Assembly: GCA_964605155.1 (NCBI GenBank)
Contig: CAZSAK010000016.1
Span: 2,935-66,934 of the forward strand
Source: an uncultured Chromatiaceae bacterium
GTDB lineage: Bacteria > Pseudomonadota > Gammaproteobacteria > SZUA-140
DNA length: 64,000 bases
Direction: 5' to 3'
A program made the position numbers and the translations under genes. The notes beneath the pieces are model-generated. The model did no database searches, was not told the DNA's origin, and saw only the letters and a list, made by a program, of their open reading frames with translations. Shown here piece by piece: positions 38,499 to 49,713 of the stretch. How positions within the stretch are numbered: position 1 is the stretch's first letter; each line of letters opens with the position of its first letter.

Positions 38499-39545
38499 AT
38501 GGCACGATGTTTAACTTTGGTCGTACCCGATACCCTCTGGCCCTATCACCTGGCGTATCGACCTTCATTCCGGAATGATCTCAAACTGACCGCGTTGAAG
38601 AAGATCCACGCACGCTCGAGGGTCAGGACAGTTGATCCAAAGCAGTTTCACAGGCGGTTGTTCGAGCTTTTTAATATTCAGACAGCGGAACAGGATGAAC
38701 TGCCGCTGGCCGCCGTGATACGCTCGATTGATAGCGTGGTGGCGCCGGATCGATATTATATGTTTGCGGATCCCGTTCACCTGCAAGCCGATCGGGACAG
38801 TATTGTCATGCTGGGCAATGCGGATCTCGATATCGATAAGAAGGAAAGTGATGAGCTTCTGCAAATAATCAATGCCCATCTAAGTACTGATGGAATCCAT
38901 GTTGAACCCGTGAGCGGACAACAACATTGGTGTCTGTCGATTCCGCGACCTCAGAAATTGCATACCTATCCCCTGGATCAGGTTGTCGGTCACACGATCC
39001 AGGATTATCTGCCTTATGGTGAAGACGGCCGATACTGGCGCAACACTCTCAATGAGATTCAAATGTTGTTGAATATCTGCGAGTTAAATCGTAAACGTGA
39101 GCAAAAAGGTGAACTGGCAATCAACAGCGTATGGTTCTGGGGGGGTGGTGTCTTACCCTCGATGGGCGACGTTTCGTGGATCTCTGTGAGTGGTAATGAC
39201 GATGTCTTGCGAGGGCTTGCAAGACTCAGCGGTTTAGTTTGTAAACCACCCGACTCGGATGCCGAAAGCTGGGCCGAAACCGCTGACCCAGGCGAACATC
39301 TCGTCGTATTTAATGATGCTCGTAAATCCATGCATAAGGGGGATATCGAGGCGTGGCGCAACTTCATTATGGCTTTGGAGATGCATTGGTTTGTTCCCTT
39401 GCTGGATTTCCTGAAGACAAACAGGCTCACAAACCTTACCATCTACCTTGATTCGAACCATTGTTTGCAGATTACACCACGCCGTGCCCGGAAGTGGTGG
39501 AGGGATATCCTGTCACATAAAATGGCAATAAAATTTACATATTAA
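38499..39545 (+). CDS. Hypothetical protein (about 349 aa) between pilE and recJ.
   Basis: The track ORF begins at 38418 inside pilE. The ATG at 38499 directly follows the pilE stop. No recognisable motif. Confidence 0.55.
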   Translation: MARCLTLVVPDTLWPYHLAYRPSFRNDLKLTALKKIHARSRVRTVDPKQFHRRLFELFNIQTAEQDELPLAAVIRSIDSVVAPDRYYMFADPVHLQADRDSIVMLGNADLDIDKKESDELLQIINAHLSTDGIHVEPVSGQQHWCLSIPRPQKLHTYPLDQVVGHTIQDYLPYGEDGRYWRNTLNEIQMLLNICELNRKREQKGELAINSVWFWGGGVLPSMGDVSWISVSGNDDVLRGLARLSGLVCKPPDSDAESWAETADPGEHLVVFNDARKSMHKGDIEAWRNFIMALEMHWFVPLLDFLKTNRLTNLTIYLDSNHCLQITPRRARKWWRDILSHKMAIKFTY

Positions 39546-39601
39546 ATAATATATTAAATCGTATTGATCATGTTTTTTATTAAGACAAAGGACGCTCACG
39601 G

Positions 39602-41350
39602 ATGACTCGATCCGGTATCAAGAAGATTATTGTCAGGCGCAAGTCCACTGTCTCGCATGATGGACTTCCGGTCAGTCTCCATCCTGTCCTGGCACGAGTC
39701 TATGCCGCGCGGAATCTGAAATCGAGTCAGGAGCTGGAACACTCATTGGAGCATATCCTGCCCCTTGATGATTTGTCAGGGATAGAAATGGCTGCACAAT
39801 TGTTGCAGGACATGCTGGTCAAGAATGGCCGTATTCTGATCGTCGCCGACTTTGATGCGGATGGTGCCACCAGTTGTGCAGTTGCGATCCGTGCCCTGCG
39901 GGCGATGGGATGCGAACATGTAGATTACATTGTCCCTAACCGGTTTGAATTCGGTTACGGATTGACTCCCGAGATCGTCGGGGTTGCGAGTCTTCGCAAC
40001 CCCGATCTCATTATCACCGTAGATAACGGGATTTCGAGTGTCGAGGGGGTCAAGACCGCAAGGAAACTCGGCATCAAGGTGCTGGTCACCGATCACCACC
40101 TGCCGGGTGCCAGTCTCCCCGAGGCCGACGTTATAGTAAATCCCAATCAGCCGGGAGACATATTTCCAAGTAAAAACCTTGCCGGGGTGGGTGTCATCTT
40201 CTATGTGATGCTGGCACTGCGCGGTATGCTGCGCAAGCAGGGATGGTTTTCAGATAACAATATTCCGGACCCGAACCTGGCACAGTTGCTGGACCTGGTA
40301 GCCCTGGGGACGATCGCGGATATCGTCACCCTCGATCACAACAATAGAATCCTGGTTGAACAGGGATTGGCGCGCATCCGGCGACGACGTTGCTGTACAG
40401 GAATTCGTGCCCTGATCGAAGTATCCGGAAGACGACCGGACAGGATCATCGCCGCAGACCTTGGTTATGCGCTCGGCCCGAGGCTCAATGCGGCGGGACG
40501 TCTCGAGGATATGTCTCAGGGCATCGAATGTCTGATAACCGATGACGAGGCGTCGGCCATGCATATAGCCCGGCGTCTGGATGAGCTGAACCGTGAGCGT
40601 CGCGCCATCGAATCGCAAATGCGTGAACAGGCCCTGGCTACCTTGACACATTTACCTGTCCAGGAGGATAACGAAACCCTGCCAATTGGCCTGTGCCTGT
40701 ATGACGCGGCCTGGCACCAGGGTGTCACCGGAATCCTGGCATCCAGGCTCAAGGAACGGTTTCATCGTCCGGTCATCGTATTTGCGCCCGGAAGGGATGA
40801 TGAAATCAAGGGTTCCGCACGGTCGATACCCGGCCTTCATATCCGCGATACCCTGGAGGCCATCTCGACACGGTATCCTGCCATGTTGAGGAAATTCGGC
40901 GGGCATGCGATGGCTGCGGGACTGGCCTTGAAGTCAGCAGATTTCGACGCCTTCCGGACAGCCTTCGATACCGAGGTCAGAAAACACCTCGATGCCGAAG
41001 ATTTGCAGGGTGTTGTCTTGAGTGATGGTGAACTCTCGGCCGGTGATCTCAATCTGGAGGTCGCTGAGATATTGCGTTCCGGCGGTCCATGGGGTCAGGG
41101 ATTTCCCGAACCCGTTTTTGATGGCGTATTTGCCGTCGCAGGGCGCCGGATCGTCGGAAACAGTCATCTCAAATTACTGCTTCAGGTGCCGGGTGATGAC
41201 CACTTGATTGATGCGATTGCCTTTAATTCAGGGGATATCGATTTGCCCGAGGACCTTGATAAGGTCCATATAGCCTACAAACTTGATGTCAACGATTATC
41301 GTGGGAAACGCTGCCCACAGTTAATCGTTGAACATATTGCATCCGACTGA
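39602..41350 (+). CDS. recJ: Single-stranded-DNA-specific exonuclease RecJ.
   Basis: DHH motifs (ADFDADG, VTDHH), DHHA1 domain (GGHAMAAG) and C-terminal OB. Confidence 0.9.
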   Translation: MTRSGIKKIIVRRKSTVSHDGLPVSLHPVLARVYAARNLKSSQELEHSLEHILPLDDLSGIEMAAQLLQDMLVKNGRILIVADFDADGATSCAVAIRALRAMGCEHVDYIVPNRFEFGYGLTPEIVGVASLRNPDLIITVDNGISSVEGVKTARKLGIKVLVTDHHLPGASLPEADVIVNPNQPGDIFPSKNLAGVGVIFYVMLALRGMLRKQGWFSDNNIPDPNLAQLLDLVALGTIADIVTLDHNNRILVEQGLARIRRRRCCTGIRALIEVSGRRPDRIIAADLGYALGPRLNAAGRLEDMSQGIECLITDDEASAMHIARRLDELNRERRAIESQMREQALATLTHLPVQEDNETLPIGLCLYDAAWHQGVTGILASRLKERFHRPVIVFAPGRDDEIKGSARSIPGLHIRDTLEAISTRYPAMLRKFGGHAMAAGLALKSADFDAFRTAFDTEVRKHLDAEDLQGVVLSDGELSAGDLNLEVAEILRSGGPWGQGFPEPVFDGVFAVAGRRIVGNSHLKLLLQVPGDDHLIDAIAFNSGDIDLPEDLDKVHIAYKLDVNDYRGKRCPQLIVEHIASD

Positions 41351-41504
41351 ACTCGAATGGCAGACTGACCTGAGTCGAACGTCCTGCCGTTGTCACTCAT
41401 TCGGTATTCAACCAGTCATTCTGCCATGATTATTTCATCAGCAGTGTTTTCACACGCATTTTCCCTGGTGTAGACTTAGCGTCTTTATTCTGACGGAAGA
41501 TATT

Positions 41505-42603
41505 ATGCTCGAATTGAACCCCGTTTATGAGCGTATCAAGGATATGCAGGGACGACTTGATGTCCTGAGGAGGTACCTTTGACGTTGATACCAAACAGGA
41601 ACGCCTGACCGAGGTTACGCGTGAACTCGAGAATCCTGCAATATGGGAGAATACTGAGAAGGCACAATCCCTGGGCAGAGAGCGCTCCCAGTTGCAAGAT
41701 GTCGTTGCGGCCATTGCAACCTTGACACAAGGTTTGATGGACGCTCATGCATTGCTTGAACTTGCTGAAGAAGAGCAGGATGAGGAGACAAGCCGGGAGG
41801 TCGCATCTGATCTCGAAACTCTGGAAAAGAAGCTGGCAGGACTTGAGTTTCGCCGGATGTTTTCCGGTGAAATGGATGCCAAAAATGCCTTCCTGGATAT
41901 TCAGGCCGGTTCCGGAGGAACGGAGGCCCAGGATTGGGCGGAAATGCTGTTGCGGATGTATTTGCGTTGGGGGGAGCGGCGCGGCTTTGCAACCGAACTG
42001 ATAGAGGTATCACCCGGAGAGGTGGCGGGGATTAAAAGCGCGACCATCAGGGTGGAAGGGGAATATGCTTATGGATGGTTGCGCACCGAAACGGGCGTAC
42101 ATCGGCTGGTACGCAAATCTCCGTTCGATTCGGGAAACCGTCGTCATACCTCTTTTGCTGCCGTGTTCGTCTCACCGGAGGTCGAAGATGACATCGACAT
42201 CGATATCAATCCGGCTGATTTAAAGGTCGATACCTATCGTGCCAGCGGTGCGGGAGGGCAGCATGTGAATCGTACGGATTCCGCTATTCGCATTACCCAT
42301 ATGCCGAGCGGTATCGTGGTACAGTGCCAGAGTGATCGTTCGCAACACAAGAATCGCTCAACTGCGATGAAACAGCTCAAGGCCAAGCTCTACGAACTGG
42401 AAATGCAGAAACGCACCGAACAGCAACAGGCGCTGGAGGATAGCAAGTCCGATATTGGCTGGGGTAGCCAGATTCGGTCATATGTGCTGGATCAGTCACG
42501 CATCAAGGATCTGCGCACCGGTGTTGAAACCGGTAACACACAGGCCGTGTTGGATGGGGATCTGGATGAATTTATCGAGGCGAGTTTGAAAAGTGGAATC
42601 TGA
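41505..42603 (+). CDS. prfB: Peptide chain release factor 2, expressed via programmed +1 frameshift.
   Basis: Frame 0 reads [25 protein letters not shown] then TGA at 41580-41582. The +1 frame continues [12 protein letters not shown]... with SPF and GGQ motifs. The frameshift site is AGGAGGTACCTTTGAC. Confidence 0.9.
41558..41585 (+). other. prfB programmed +1 ribosomal frameshift site (internal SD AGGAGG, slippery CUU U, in-frame UGA C).
   Basis: Seen directly in the sequence. Same organisation as E. coli prfB. Confidence 0.85.
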
Positions 42604-44095
42604 CCGGGTGACGGATACGGATGAAAATGAACAGATAGCACAGCGACGTGCCAAGCTGGCCGAATTGCGTATGCGCGGCAATCCGTTCCCGAGCGACTTT
42701 CGGCGCAATGTGGTGGCGGGTGAACTGCACGCCGAGTACGACCAAGCGGACCCTCTGACACTCGAAAACGAGCCGATCCGGGTAAAGGTCGCCGGGCGTC
42801 TCATGACGCGCCGGATCATGGGTAAGGCAAGTTTCATCCACCTCCAGGATATGTCGGGTCAGATCCAGCTCTACATTCAGCGTGACGGGGTCTCATCCGA
42901 CGTTTATAAAGAGTTCAAAAACTGGGATATCGGCGATATCGTCGGGGCTGAAGGTGTTCTCTTCAAGACCAGGACAGGTGAGCTCTCGATCCGTGCGGAA
43001 CGTATCATGTTATTAACCAAGGCATTGCGCCCGTTACCGGAAAAGTATCATGGCATTGTCGATAAGGAGATGAGGTATCGACAGCGTTATCTTGACCTGA
43101 TCATGAATGACGTTACTCGCAAGACCTTTCGCATCCGTACCGAGATCATCAACTTTATAAGGCAGTTCCTGATCGGGCAAGGATTTCTCGAGGTCGAAAC
43201 TCCGATGATGCAGGTTGTTCCCGGTGGTGCCGCGGCACGGCCGTTTCAGACCTATCATCATGCCCTGGACATCAATCTCTATTTGCGTATTGCACCGGAA
43301 CTCTATCTGAAACGCCTGGTAGTCGGTGGTTTCGAGAAGGTATTCGAAATCAACCGCAATTTCCGTAATGAGGGTTTGTCCACCCGCCATAATCCCGAGT
43401 TTACCATGCTCGAGTTTTATCAGGCATACGTGGACTATTATGATCTGATGGATCTGACCGAAACGATGTTGCGGGAACTCACCCTTGTGATCCACGGCGA
43501 TACCATCATTGAATATCAGGGACAACGCTATGATTTTGGCAAGCCCTTCAGGCGTATGACTCTGGTTGAATCGATCCTGGAGTTCAATCCTGCTATCAAC
43601 AGGGATGAGCTGTTTGCAATCGATTCTGCCAGATCCATCGCGAAAAAATTTGATATACCTGTGTTGGAACACTATGGAATCGGCAAGATCCAGCTAGAAC
43701 TGTTTGAAAAGACAGTCGAAGGCAAGCTGCATGATCCCACCTTCATAACATCCTACCCCAAGGAGGTCTCACCTCTCGCCCGTGCCAACGACGACGACCC
43801 GTTTGTGACGGATCGTTTTGAACTTTTTATCGGTGGTCATGAGATCGCAAACGGGTTTACCGAGTTGAATGATGCCGAGGATCAGGCAGATCGCTTTCGC
43901 AAACAACTGCAGGCACGGGAGGGTGGAGACATTGAGGCGATGCATTTTGACCAGGACTATATCCGGGCCCTGGAACATGGCATGCCACCGACGGCGGGTG
44001 AAGGCATTGGGATAGACCGTCTGGTGATGTTGTTGACCGATTCAGCCTCAATCCGGGACGTGTTGCTGTTTCCCCATATGCGACCTGAAGTGTAA
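42593..44095 (+). CDS. lysS: Lysine--tRNA ligase (class II).
   Basis: Collinear with E. coli LysS, including class II motifs 1-3 ([30 protein letters not shown]). The start is uncertain (TTG 42593 or GTG 42608). Confidence 0.9.
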   Translation: MESDRVTDTDENEQIAQRRAKLAELRMRGNPFPSDFRRNVVAGELHAEYDQADPLTLENEPIRVKVAGRLMTRRIMGKASFIHLQDMSGQIQLYIQRDGVSSDVYKEFKNWDIGDIVGAEGVLFKTRTGELSIRAERIMLLTKALRPLPEKYHGIVDKEMRYRQRYLDLIMNDVTRKTFRIRTEIINFIRQFLIGQGFLEVETPMMQVVPGGAAARPFQTYHHALDINLYLRIAPELYLKRLVVGGFEKVFEINRNFRNEGLSTRHNPEFTMLEFYQAYVDYYDLMDLTETMLRELTLVIHGDTIIEYQGQRYDFGKPFRRMTLVESILEFNPAINRDELFAIDSARSIAKKFDIPVLEHYGIGKIQLELFEKTVEGKLHDPTFITSYPKEVSPLARANDDDPFVTDRFELFIGGHEIANGFTELNDAEDQADRFRKQLQAREGGDIEAMHFDQDYIRALEHGMPPTAGEGIGIDRLVMLLTDSASIRDVLLFPHMRPEV

Positions 44096-44124
44096 CCACA
44101 CCCCTGTAGGGGTGTCGCGGAACG

Positions 44125-44976
44125 TCAGGCGGAGATCAACTGCCGTATCTCGGCAATTTCGTCCTTGGCAGCCTTGATGGTGGCGATACAGTCCTCAGGC
44201 GGGATACTGAGCCGGCTGAATGCCGGGATCTCGGACCAGTCCAGCTGGGTATAGGGGTGGTCGGTTCCGATGTAACTCAGCATGTTGGCGATCAGTACGA
44301 CATCGACATAATCGGCCTCAAATCCTATTGGTTCGCGGTACAGATCCTCATGATCGGTGGCCACTGCAACCAGATCAGGCTGGAAATTCCATGTCTTGAG
44401 GATCAGGCTGCCTATCCTGGGATGCAATACCGCCAGGACTTTCATGAGCGTCTTATTGTTGGACAGCAACTCGGGGATCCTTTCGGAGTACTCGAGGATG
44501 GGTAGTTTACCGATATCGTGTACCAGACCTCCCAGCATGGCCTCTTCAGGCGAGAGAGAAGTGAATTTCTGGGCGATGATCTGACTGAGCGCCGCCACCT
44601 GGACACTGTGTTCCCAGTTTTTCTCCAGCAGTACATTGGTTTGCGCGGTCAGCCTGGTGCGGTATACCTGTTCCATGGCAAGGCTGGTGATCAGGCTGCG
44701 GACGATGGAATTGCCGAGTCGGGTAATGGCTGCACGCACATCCTCGATCTGATTTTGAGTCCGGTACAGGGGGCTGTTGGCTACCCGCAACAGGCGGGTG
44801 GATAGCACCGCATCGGCACTGATGACCTTCGAAATCTGTGTGGAAGTGGCCTTGTTATCATGTAACAGCTTTCTGGCCTTGAGTGCGATCTCCGGCAACG
44901 TGGGAAGTACAATCTTGTTGTGCGTGATATCAAAGACGATATCACGGGTGAATTTTTCGAGCAGGGATGAAGCCAT
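44125..44976 (-). CDS. HDOD-domain signalling protein.
   Basis: LPTLPEIALKARKLL...LLRVANSPLYRTQNQIEDVRAAITRLG...GLVHDIGKLP. Confidence 0.8.
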   Translation of the reverse strand: MASSLLEKFTRDIVFDITHNKIVLPTLPEIALKARKLLHDNKATSTQISKVISADAVLSTRLLRVANSPLYRTQNQIEDVRAAITRLGNSIVRSLITSLAMEQVYRTRLTAQTNVLLEKNWEHSVQVAALSQIIAQKFTSLSPEEAMLGGLVHDIGKLPILEYSERIPELLSNNKTLMKVLAVLHPRIGSLILKTWNFQPDLVAVATDHEDLYREPIGFEADYVDVVLIANMLSYIGTDHPYTQLDWSEIPAFSRLSIPPEDCIATIKAAKDEIAEIRQLISA

Positions 44977-45061
44977 TTTGTGTTATGCAGGCGGATGTCT
45001 TGCTTAATAAAACCCTTTATAAATCCCACATAATCTATTGAGAATAAATAAATATATGGCC

Positions 45062-46102
45062 TTAGTCCACGCCGTATGGCAATCTCTGAAATTGCAATTT
45101 CGCACCTTTGTCATCATACAGACGTACCTCGTCCGATTCGGCATAGGGTATTCGTATGACCACCAGTACATCATAACCGCCGGCGGGATCGGCCTCGGCG
45201 TCGACGACCATTCCCGCACCCTCCGCACTGCCTGCGTTCGGGGAATATAACGTGTCACCTGGTTGTGGCGCAATCGCAGAATCGGTATGGGCGATGTACA
45301 TACGACGCTTGAGGTTACCGCGATAATGTAATCTCGCCACTACCTCCTGACCCGTGTAACAGCCCTTCTTGTAATTAATGCCATCGAATGCTTGCAGATT
45401 GACCATTTGCGGTACAAACATGTCCATCGTCTGCGTATAAATGGCAGGGATTCCCGCCAGAATATTGAGACGCCGCCACGCTGCAGTGCCTACAGGCCTT
45501 GCATCTTCGCGGAGTTTTTCCCAAAGTGTCTTGATATCGTCCGGTCGGCCAAATAACTCAAAGCGTGGCTGTATCCCCGGGATACGGATCACGGTGATCC
45601 TGTCAGTCACAGCGACCTGATCGACATCCTGAGGCAATACACCGACAGTATCCTCGAGAAGCTTGCCGCTCTCTGGACCCGACAGGCCTGCATGAATCAG
45701 CGAATCACTGGCATCCTCAAGCGTAACCTGCGAACGCAGCACAAACATGCCAAGCCGCTTGAGTATCGCCGACAATATATCGGCAGGCAGTTGCATGTAA
45801 TACCTGTCAGCGACATAAAAAAGGCGGATCAAGGCCAGCAAACGCCCCTTCGGACTGCAATAACCCGTGAGTTGGCTGTGTTGTGTATTCACTTCCAGCA
45901 CATCATTGGTCAGCTGACCCTGCAGGAACATCTGTGAATCATCCCCGTGAGCGGATATCAGGCCCATGTGAGAGAGGTCACTTATGACTTCACTGTCAGT
46001 GACACATTCCATCTCCTCAGTGATGTTACCGAAGTGGACAACGACGTTGTTTTCTATGACGGCACCGGCGTTTTCCAGATACGTCTTCCAATTACTCATC
46101 AT
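45062..46102 (-). CDS. ygfZ: tRNA-modifying folate-binding protein YgfZ (GcvT-like).
   Basis: GcvT-fold aminomethyltransferase-like protein with the KGCYTGQE motif near the C-terminus. Divergent from the sdh operon. Confidence 0.8.
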   Translation of the reverse strand: MMSNWKTYLENAGAVIENNVVVHFGNITEEMECVTDSEVISDLSHMGLISAHGDDSQMFLQGQLTNDVLEVNTQHSQLTGYCSPKGRLLALIRLFYVADRYYMQLPADILSAILKRLGMFVLRSQVTLEDASDSLIHAGLSGPESGKLLEDTVGVLPQDVDQVAVTDRITVIRIPGIQPRFELFGRPDDIKTLWEKLREDARPVGTAAWRRLNILAGIPAIYTQTMDMFVPQMVNLQAFDGINYKKGCYTGQEVVARLHYRGNLKRRMYIAHTDSAIAPQPGDTLYSPNAGSAEGAGMVVDAEADPAGGYDVLVVIRIPYAESDEVRLYDDKGAKLQFQRLPYGVD

Positions 46103-46199
46103 ATTGATATCTGCAGACGTGAAAAATGCAGATGATAACGTAATTTTAAAGCATTAGTAATACTGGACGCACGGGCTGAATCAGCTAAACTAACGCAAC

Positions 46200-46580
46200 A
46201 TGATACAAAAAGATCGACGACCGGTATTTCTCGATATTACACGTATTGATCTGCCGATCACGGCAGTGATCTCCATTATCCATCGTTCGACAGGCATCCT
46301 GTTCTTTCTTCTCATTCCACCCCTGATCTATTTGTTTGATCTTTCGCTATCGAGCTGGCAAGGATTTGAGGCGGTATCACAACTGCTGGATCACTGGCTG
46401 GCAAGATCATTGCTGGTTTTGTTGTCATGGGGCTTTGCTCATCACCTTCTGGCAGGCATTCGGTATTTACTGATCGATGTAGACATCGGTGTGGGGCTTG
46501 AATCATCACGTATAACGGCCTGGTGTGTCGTGGGCGGAGGATTGATTGTCCTGTTTGCAGTGGCGTTGACTGTGTTATGA
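46200..46580 (+). CDS. sdhC: Succinate dehydrogenase cytochrome b556 subunit.
   Basis: Three TM helices; HRSTG heme ligand region. Confidence 0.85.
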   Translation: MIQKDRRPVFLDITRIDLPITAVISIIHRSTGILFFLLIPPLIYLFDLSLSSWQGFEAVSQLLDHWLARSLLVLLSWGFAHHLLAGIRYLLIDVDIGVGLESSRITAWCVVGGGLIVLFAVALTVL

Positions 46581-46915
46581 ACCGCCGCAGTTATGGACTA
46601 CGCGCCTGGATACTACAACGTCTGAGCGCGGTTTATATGACAGTCTACCTGCTGTTTTTCATCTTGCATGTCAGTACGAATCCTCCGCAGTCCTATGTCG
46701 CATGGCATGGCTGGATGGCAGGGCCAGTCATCAGTCTGGCGACCGCCCTGTTTTTCATTGCCATACTTGTGCATGCCTGGGTGGGGATACGTGATGTGAT
46801 CATGGATTATGTCAAACCCCCTGCACTACGCTTCAGCCTGTTGTCATTGATTGGTATGGTGCTGCTGATCTGCGGTTTATGGGTGTTGAGAATCTTGATC
46901 CAGGTGAGCCAGTGA
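46577..46915 (+). CDS. sdhD: Succinate dehydrogenase hydrophobic membrane anchor.
   Basis: ATGA start/stop overlap with sdhC. Three TM helices. Confidence 0.8.
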   Translation: MNRRSYGLRAWILQRLSAVYMTVYLLFFILHVSTNPPQSYVAWHGWMAGPVISLATALFFIAILVHAWVGIRDVIMDYVKPPALRFSLLSLIGMVLLICGLWVLRILIQVSQ

Positions 46916-48690
46916 ACCAGGATGTCAACAAGGTGGATAGGCGTCGCTTTGACACCCTGGTGATCGGTGCAGGCGGCGGGGGCTTGCGCGCCGCGCTTCA
47001 GCTGGCACAGGCCGATGCCGCCGTCGCCGTAGTATCGAAGGTGTTTCCGACCCGTTCACACACGGTTGCCGCCCAGGGTGGTATGAACGCCGCATTGGCG
47101 AATGTACTGCCGGATAACTGGCACTGGCACATGTATGACACGGTCAAGGGCAGTGATTACCTTGGTGACCAGGATGCCATCGAATACATGTGCCGTGCCG
47201 CATCCCGACTCGTGATTGAACTGGAGCATTTCGGAGTTCCGTTTTCCCGCCTTGAGAACGGCAGTATCTATCAGCGCCCTTTTGGTGGACAAAGCCAGAA
47301 CTTTGGAGGTGAGCAGGCGGCCCGCACGTGTGCTGCCGCGGACCGAACCGGCCATGCCATCCTGCATGCCTTGTATCAGCAGAATATCCGTGCCAAGACA
47401 CATTTTTTTGATGAATATTTCGCCGTCGACCTTATCAAGGATCAACAGAATTTCATCCTCGGCGCCGTAGTCATCAGCATTGAAACAGGACAACCGCTGA
47501 TCATAGAGGCCAAGACCACATTGCTGGCGACCGGTGGCGCGGGTCAGTTATACCGTACCAACACCAATGCCAGAATCAATACCGGTGACGGCATGGCTAT
47601 GGCGTTGCGTGCTGGTATACCGCTGCAGGATATGGAATTTGTACAGTTCCATCCCACCGGTATCGCCGGTAAAGGGATGTTGATCTCGGAAGGCGCTCGC
47701 GGCGAAGGCGGTTACCTGATCAATAAGGATGGTGAACGTTTTATGGAACGTTATGCTCCCCATGCCAAGGATCTTGCAAGCCGGGATGTTGTGAGCCGGG
47801 CGATTGCAACCGAGGTCAGGGAAGGGCGAGGATGTGGTCCCAATGGCGACCATGTCTTGTTGAAACTGACCCATCTGGATGCGGATGTCATTCTCAAACG
47901 GTTGCCCGGTATCCGGGATCTGTCCATGACCTTTGCCCACGTAGACCCCATCAACAAATCCATTCCGGTTGCACCTACGGCTCATTATACAATGGGTGGT
48001 ATCCCGACCAATCGTTACGGCCAGGTGGTGGTGCCAGAGTTCCAGGGCGCCGAAGAACCCATTCCGGGGCTCTATGCGGTGGGTGAGTGCGCCTGTGTCT
48101 CGGTTCATGGTGCCAATCGATTGGGGGGGAATTCCCTGCTGGATATCGTAGTGTTCGGCCGCGCCGCAGGCAATCATATCATCGAATTCCTGGGTGAAAC
48201 CCGCTATCACCGTGTACTCGATCAGGACAGCGTGGACCGCGCCCTTGAACACCTGGCCCGCTGGGATCTAAAGGGTGACGGAGAATCGGTCGATGACCTG
48301 CGTAATGAGTTGCAACGCACCATGGAGGATTATTGCAGTGTGTTTCGTGACCATGACGTACTCGATGAGGGTATCAGCAAGGTGCTGGATATCAGTCGAC
48401 GATTAGAGGATGTACGTTTAAAGGATCATAGCAGTGTGTTCAATACGGCGAGGATCGAGGCGCTGGAGCTGGAAAATCTTGTAGACGTAGCCTGTGCCGC
48501 CGTGAACTCGGCGTTTGCACGTCAGGAAAGCCGTGGGGCCCATTCGCGTATCGATTATCCGGAGCGAGATGACAAGCACTGGATGAAGCATACGCTCTAT
48601 TTCAAGGAAGGACATCAACTTGATTACAAGCCGGTACGCATGAAACCATTAACCGTAGAGGCCTTTCCCCCCAAGGCAAGGATTTACTAG
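46912..48690 (+). CDS. sdhA: Succinate dehydrogenase flavoprotein subunit.
   Basis: GTGA overlap start. [20 protein letters not shown] site, HTVAAQGG (covalent FAD His), catalytic HPTG and RLGGNSLLD. Confidence 0.9.
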   Translation: MNQDVNKVDRRRFDTLVIGAGGGGLRAALQLAQADAAVAVVSKVFPTRSHTVAAQGGMNAALANVLPDNWHWHMYDTVKGSDYLGDQDAIEYMCRAASRLVIELEHFGVPFSRLENGSIYQRPFGGQSQNFGGEQAARTCAAADRTGHAILHALYQQNIRAKTHFFDEYFAVDLIKDQQNFILGAVVISIETGQPLIIEAKTTLLATGGAGQLYRTNTNARINTGDGMAMALRAGIPLQDMEFVQFHPTGIAGKGMLISEGARGEGGYLINKDGERFMERYAPHAKDLASRDVVSRAIATEVREGRGCGPNGDHVLLKLTHLDADVILKRLPGIRDLSMTFAHVDPINKSIPVAPTAHYTMGGIPTNRYGQVVVPEFQGAEEPIPGLYAVGECACVSVHGANRLGGNSLLDIVVFGRAAGNHIIEFLGETRYHRVLDQDSVDRALEHLARWDLKGDGESVDDLRNELQRTMEDYCSVFRDHDVLDEGISKVLDISRRLEDVRLKDHSSVFNTARIEALELENLVDVACAAVNSAFARQESRGAHSRIDYPERDDKHWMKHTLYFKEGHQLDYKPVRMKPLTVEAFPPKARIY

Positions 48691-48692
48691 TT

Positions 48693-49397
48693 ATGTCGAC
48701 CGTTCATCTGTCTGTCTACCGATACAATCCCGAGAGCGATAGTGAGCCCTATATGCAGGACTACGAACTATCGGGGGTTACCCCCGATACGATGGTCCTG
48801 GACGCAATGATCCGTATCAAGGCCCAGGATGAAACCCTGAGTTTCAGGCGTTCCTGCGGCGAGGGTGTGTGTGGATCTGATGCAATCAACATCAATGGCA
48901 GAAACAGCCTGGGGTGTATTACACCCTTGTCCATCCTGAAACAGCCCGTTGAAATCCGACCTTTGCCAGGCATGTCGGTTATCCGCGACCTGGTAGTCGA
49001 TATGGAGCCTTTTTACCGGCAATACCGTGCGGTACAACCGTATCTGAAAATCAAGGATCCCATCCCGGAGGTAGAATTCAGGCAATCCCCCGAGCAGCGC
49101 GAACGTCTGGACGGCCTGTATGAATGTATCCTGTGCGGTTGTTGCTCCACTGCCTGTCCATCCTTTTGGTGGAATCCGGACAAGTTTCTGGGTCCCGCAG
49201 CCTTGTTGCAGTCCTACAGATTCCTTGCGGACAGTCGCGATCAGGCCGGCGAAGAACGCCTTAACGCCCTGGAAGATTCATATAAACTTTTTCGGTGCCA
49301 TACCATCATGAATTGTGTCCAGGTCTGTCCAAAAGGACTTAATCCGACCAAGGCCATTGGCGAGATCAAACAAATGATGGTCAAACAATTGATCTGA
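48693..49397 (+). CDS. sdhB: Succinate dehydrogenase iron-sulfur subunit.
   Basis: 2Fe-2S CxxxxCxxC...C, 4Fe-4S CILCGCCSTAC and 3Fe-4S CHTIMNCVQVCP. Confidence 0.9.
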   Translation: MSTVHLSVYRYNPESDSEPYMQDYELSGVTPDTMVLDAMIRIKAQDETLSFRRSCGEGVCGSDAININGRNSLGCITPLSILKQPVEIRPLPGMSVIRDLVVDMEPFYRQYRAVQPYLKIKDPIPEVEFRQSPEQRERLDGLYECILCGCCSTACPSFWWNPDKFLGPAALLQSYRFLADSRDQAGEERLNALEDSYKLFRCHTIMNCVQVCPKGLNPTKAIGEIKQMMVKQLI

Positions 49398-49452
49398 AAG
49401 ATCTACGGGGCAACTTACCGAGCGATGACAGCAAATCACGGTTCATCAGGCT

Positions 49453-49713
49453 ATGACTGAATCTGATACTAAAATTCTTCGATCACGACTTTATTGGCAG
49501 TGCCGTCGCGGCATGCGTGAGTTGGACATTGTTTTACAGGATTTTATGGAAACCTGCTATGAGTCAATGTCTGAAGCGGATATTCGTTCATTTCAGGATT
49601 TACTCAATTACCCCGATGCCCTGTTGCTTGAGTATGTCATGGGTCGTATGCAACCGAGTGACCAGGCCCTGGCCGATGTCGTCTCAAGAATCCGCTCCGA
49701 CACTCCTAATTAG
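49453..49713 (+). CDS. sdhE: FAD assembly factor SdhE (YgfY).
   Basis: RGMRELD (RGxxE) signature. 86 aa. Confidence 0.85.
   Translation: MTESDTKILRSRLYWQCRRGMRELDIVLQDFMETCYESMSEADIRSFQDLLNYPDALLLEYVMGRMQPSDQALADVVSRIRSDTPN

Noticed and set aside
41430-41748. Minus-strand ORFs (41430-41714, 41536-41748) overlapping the prfB 5' region.
   Set aside because: The prfB N-terminal frame and its programmed frameshift explain this region completely.
44098-44118. Hairpin CACACCCCTGTAGGGGTGTC between convergent lysS and HDOD genes as a terminator.
   Set aside because: The stem is clear but no T-run follows on either strand, so I did not list it as a confident intrinsic terminator. It may still act as a bidirectional stop or an RNA stability element.
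47548-48252. 234-aa minus-strand ORF inside sdhA.
   Set aside because: sdhA on the plus strand has unambiguous flavoprotein motifs along its whole length. The antisense ORF has no start context and biased composition.
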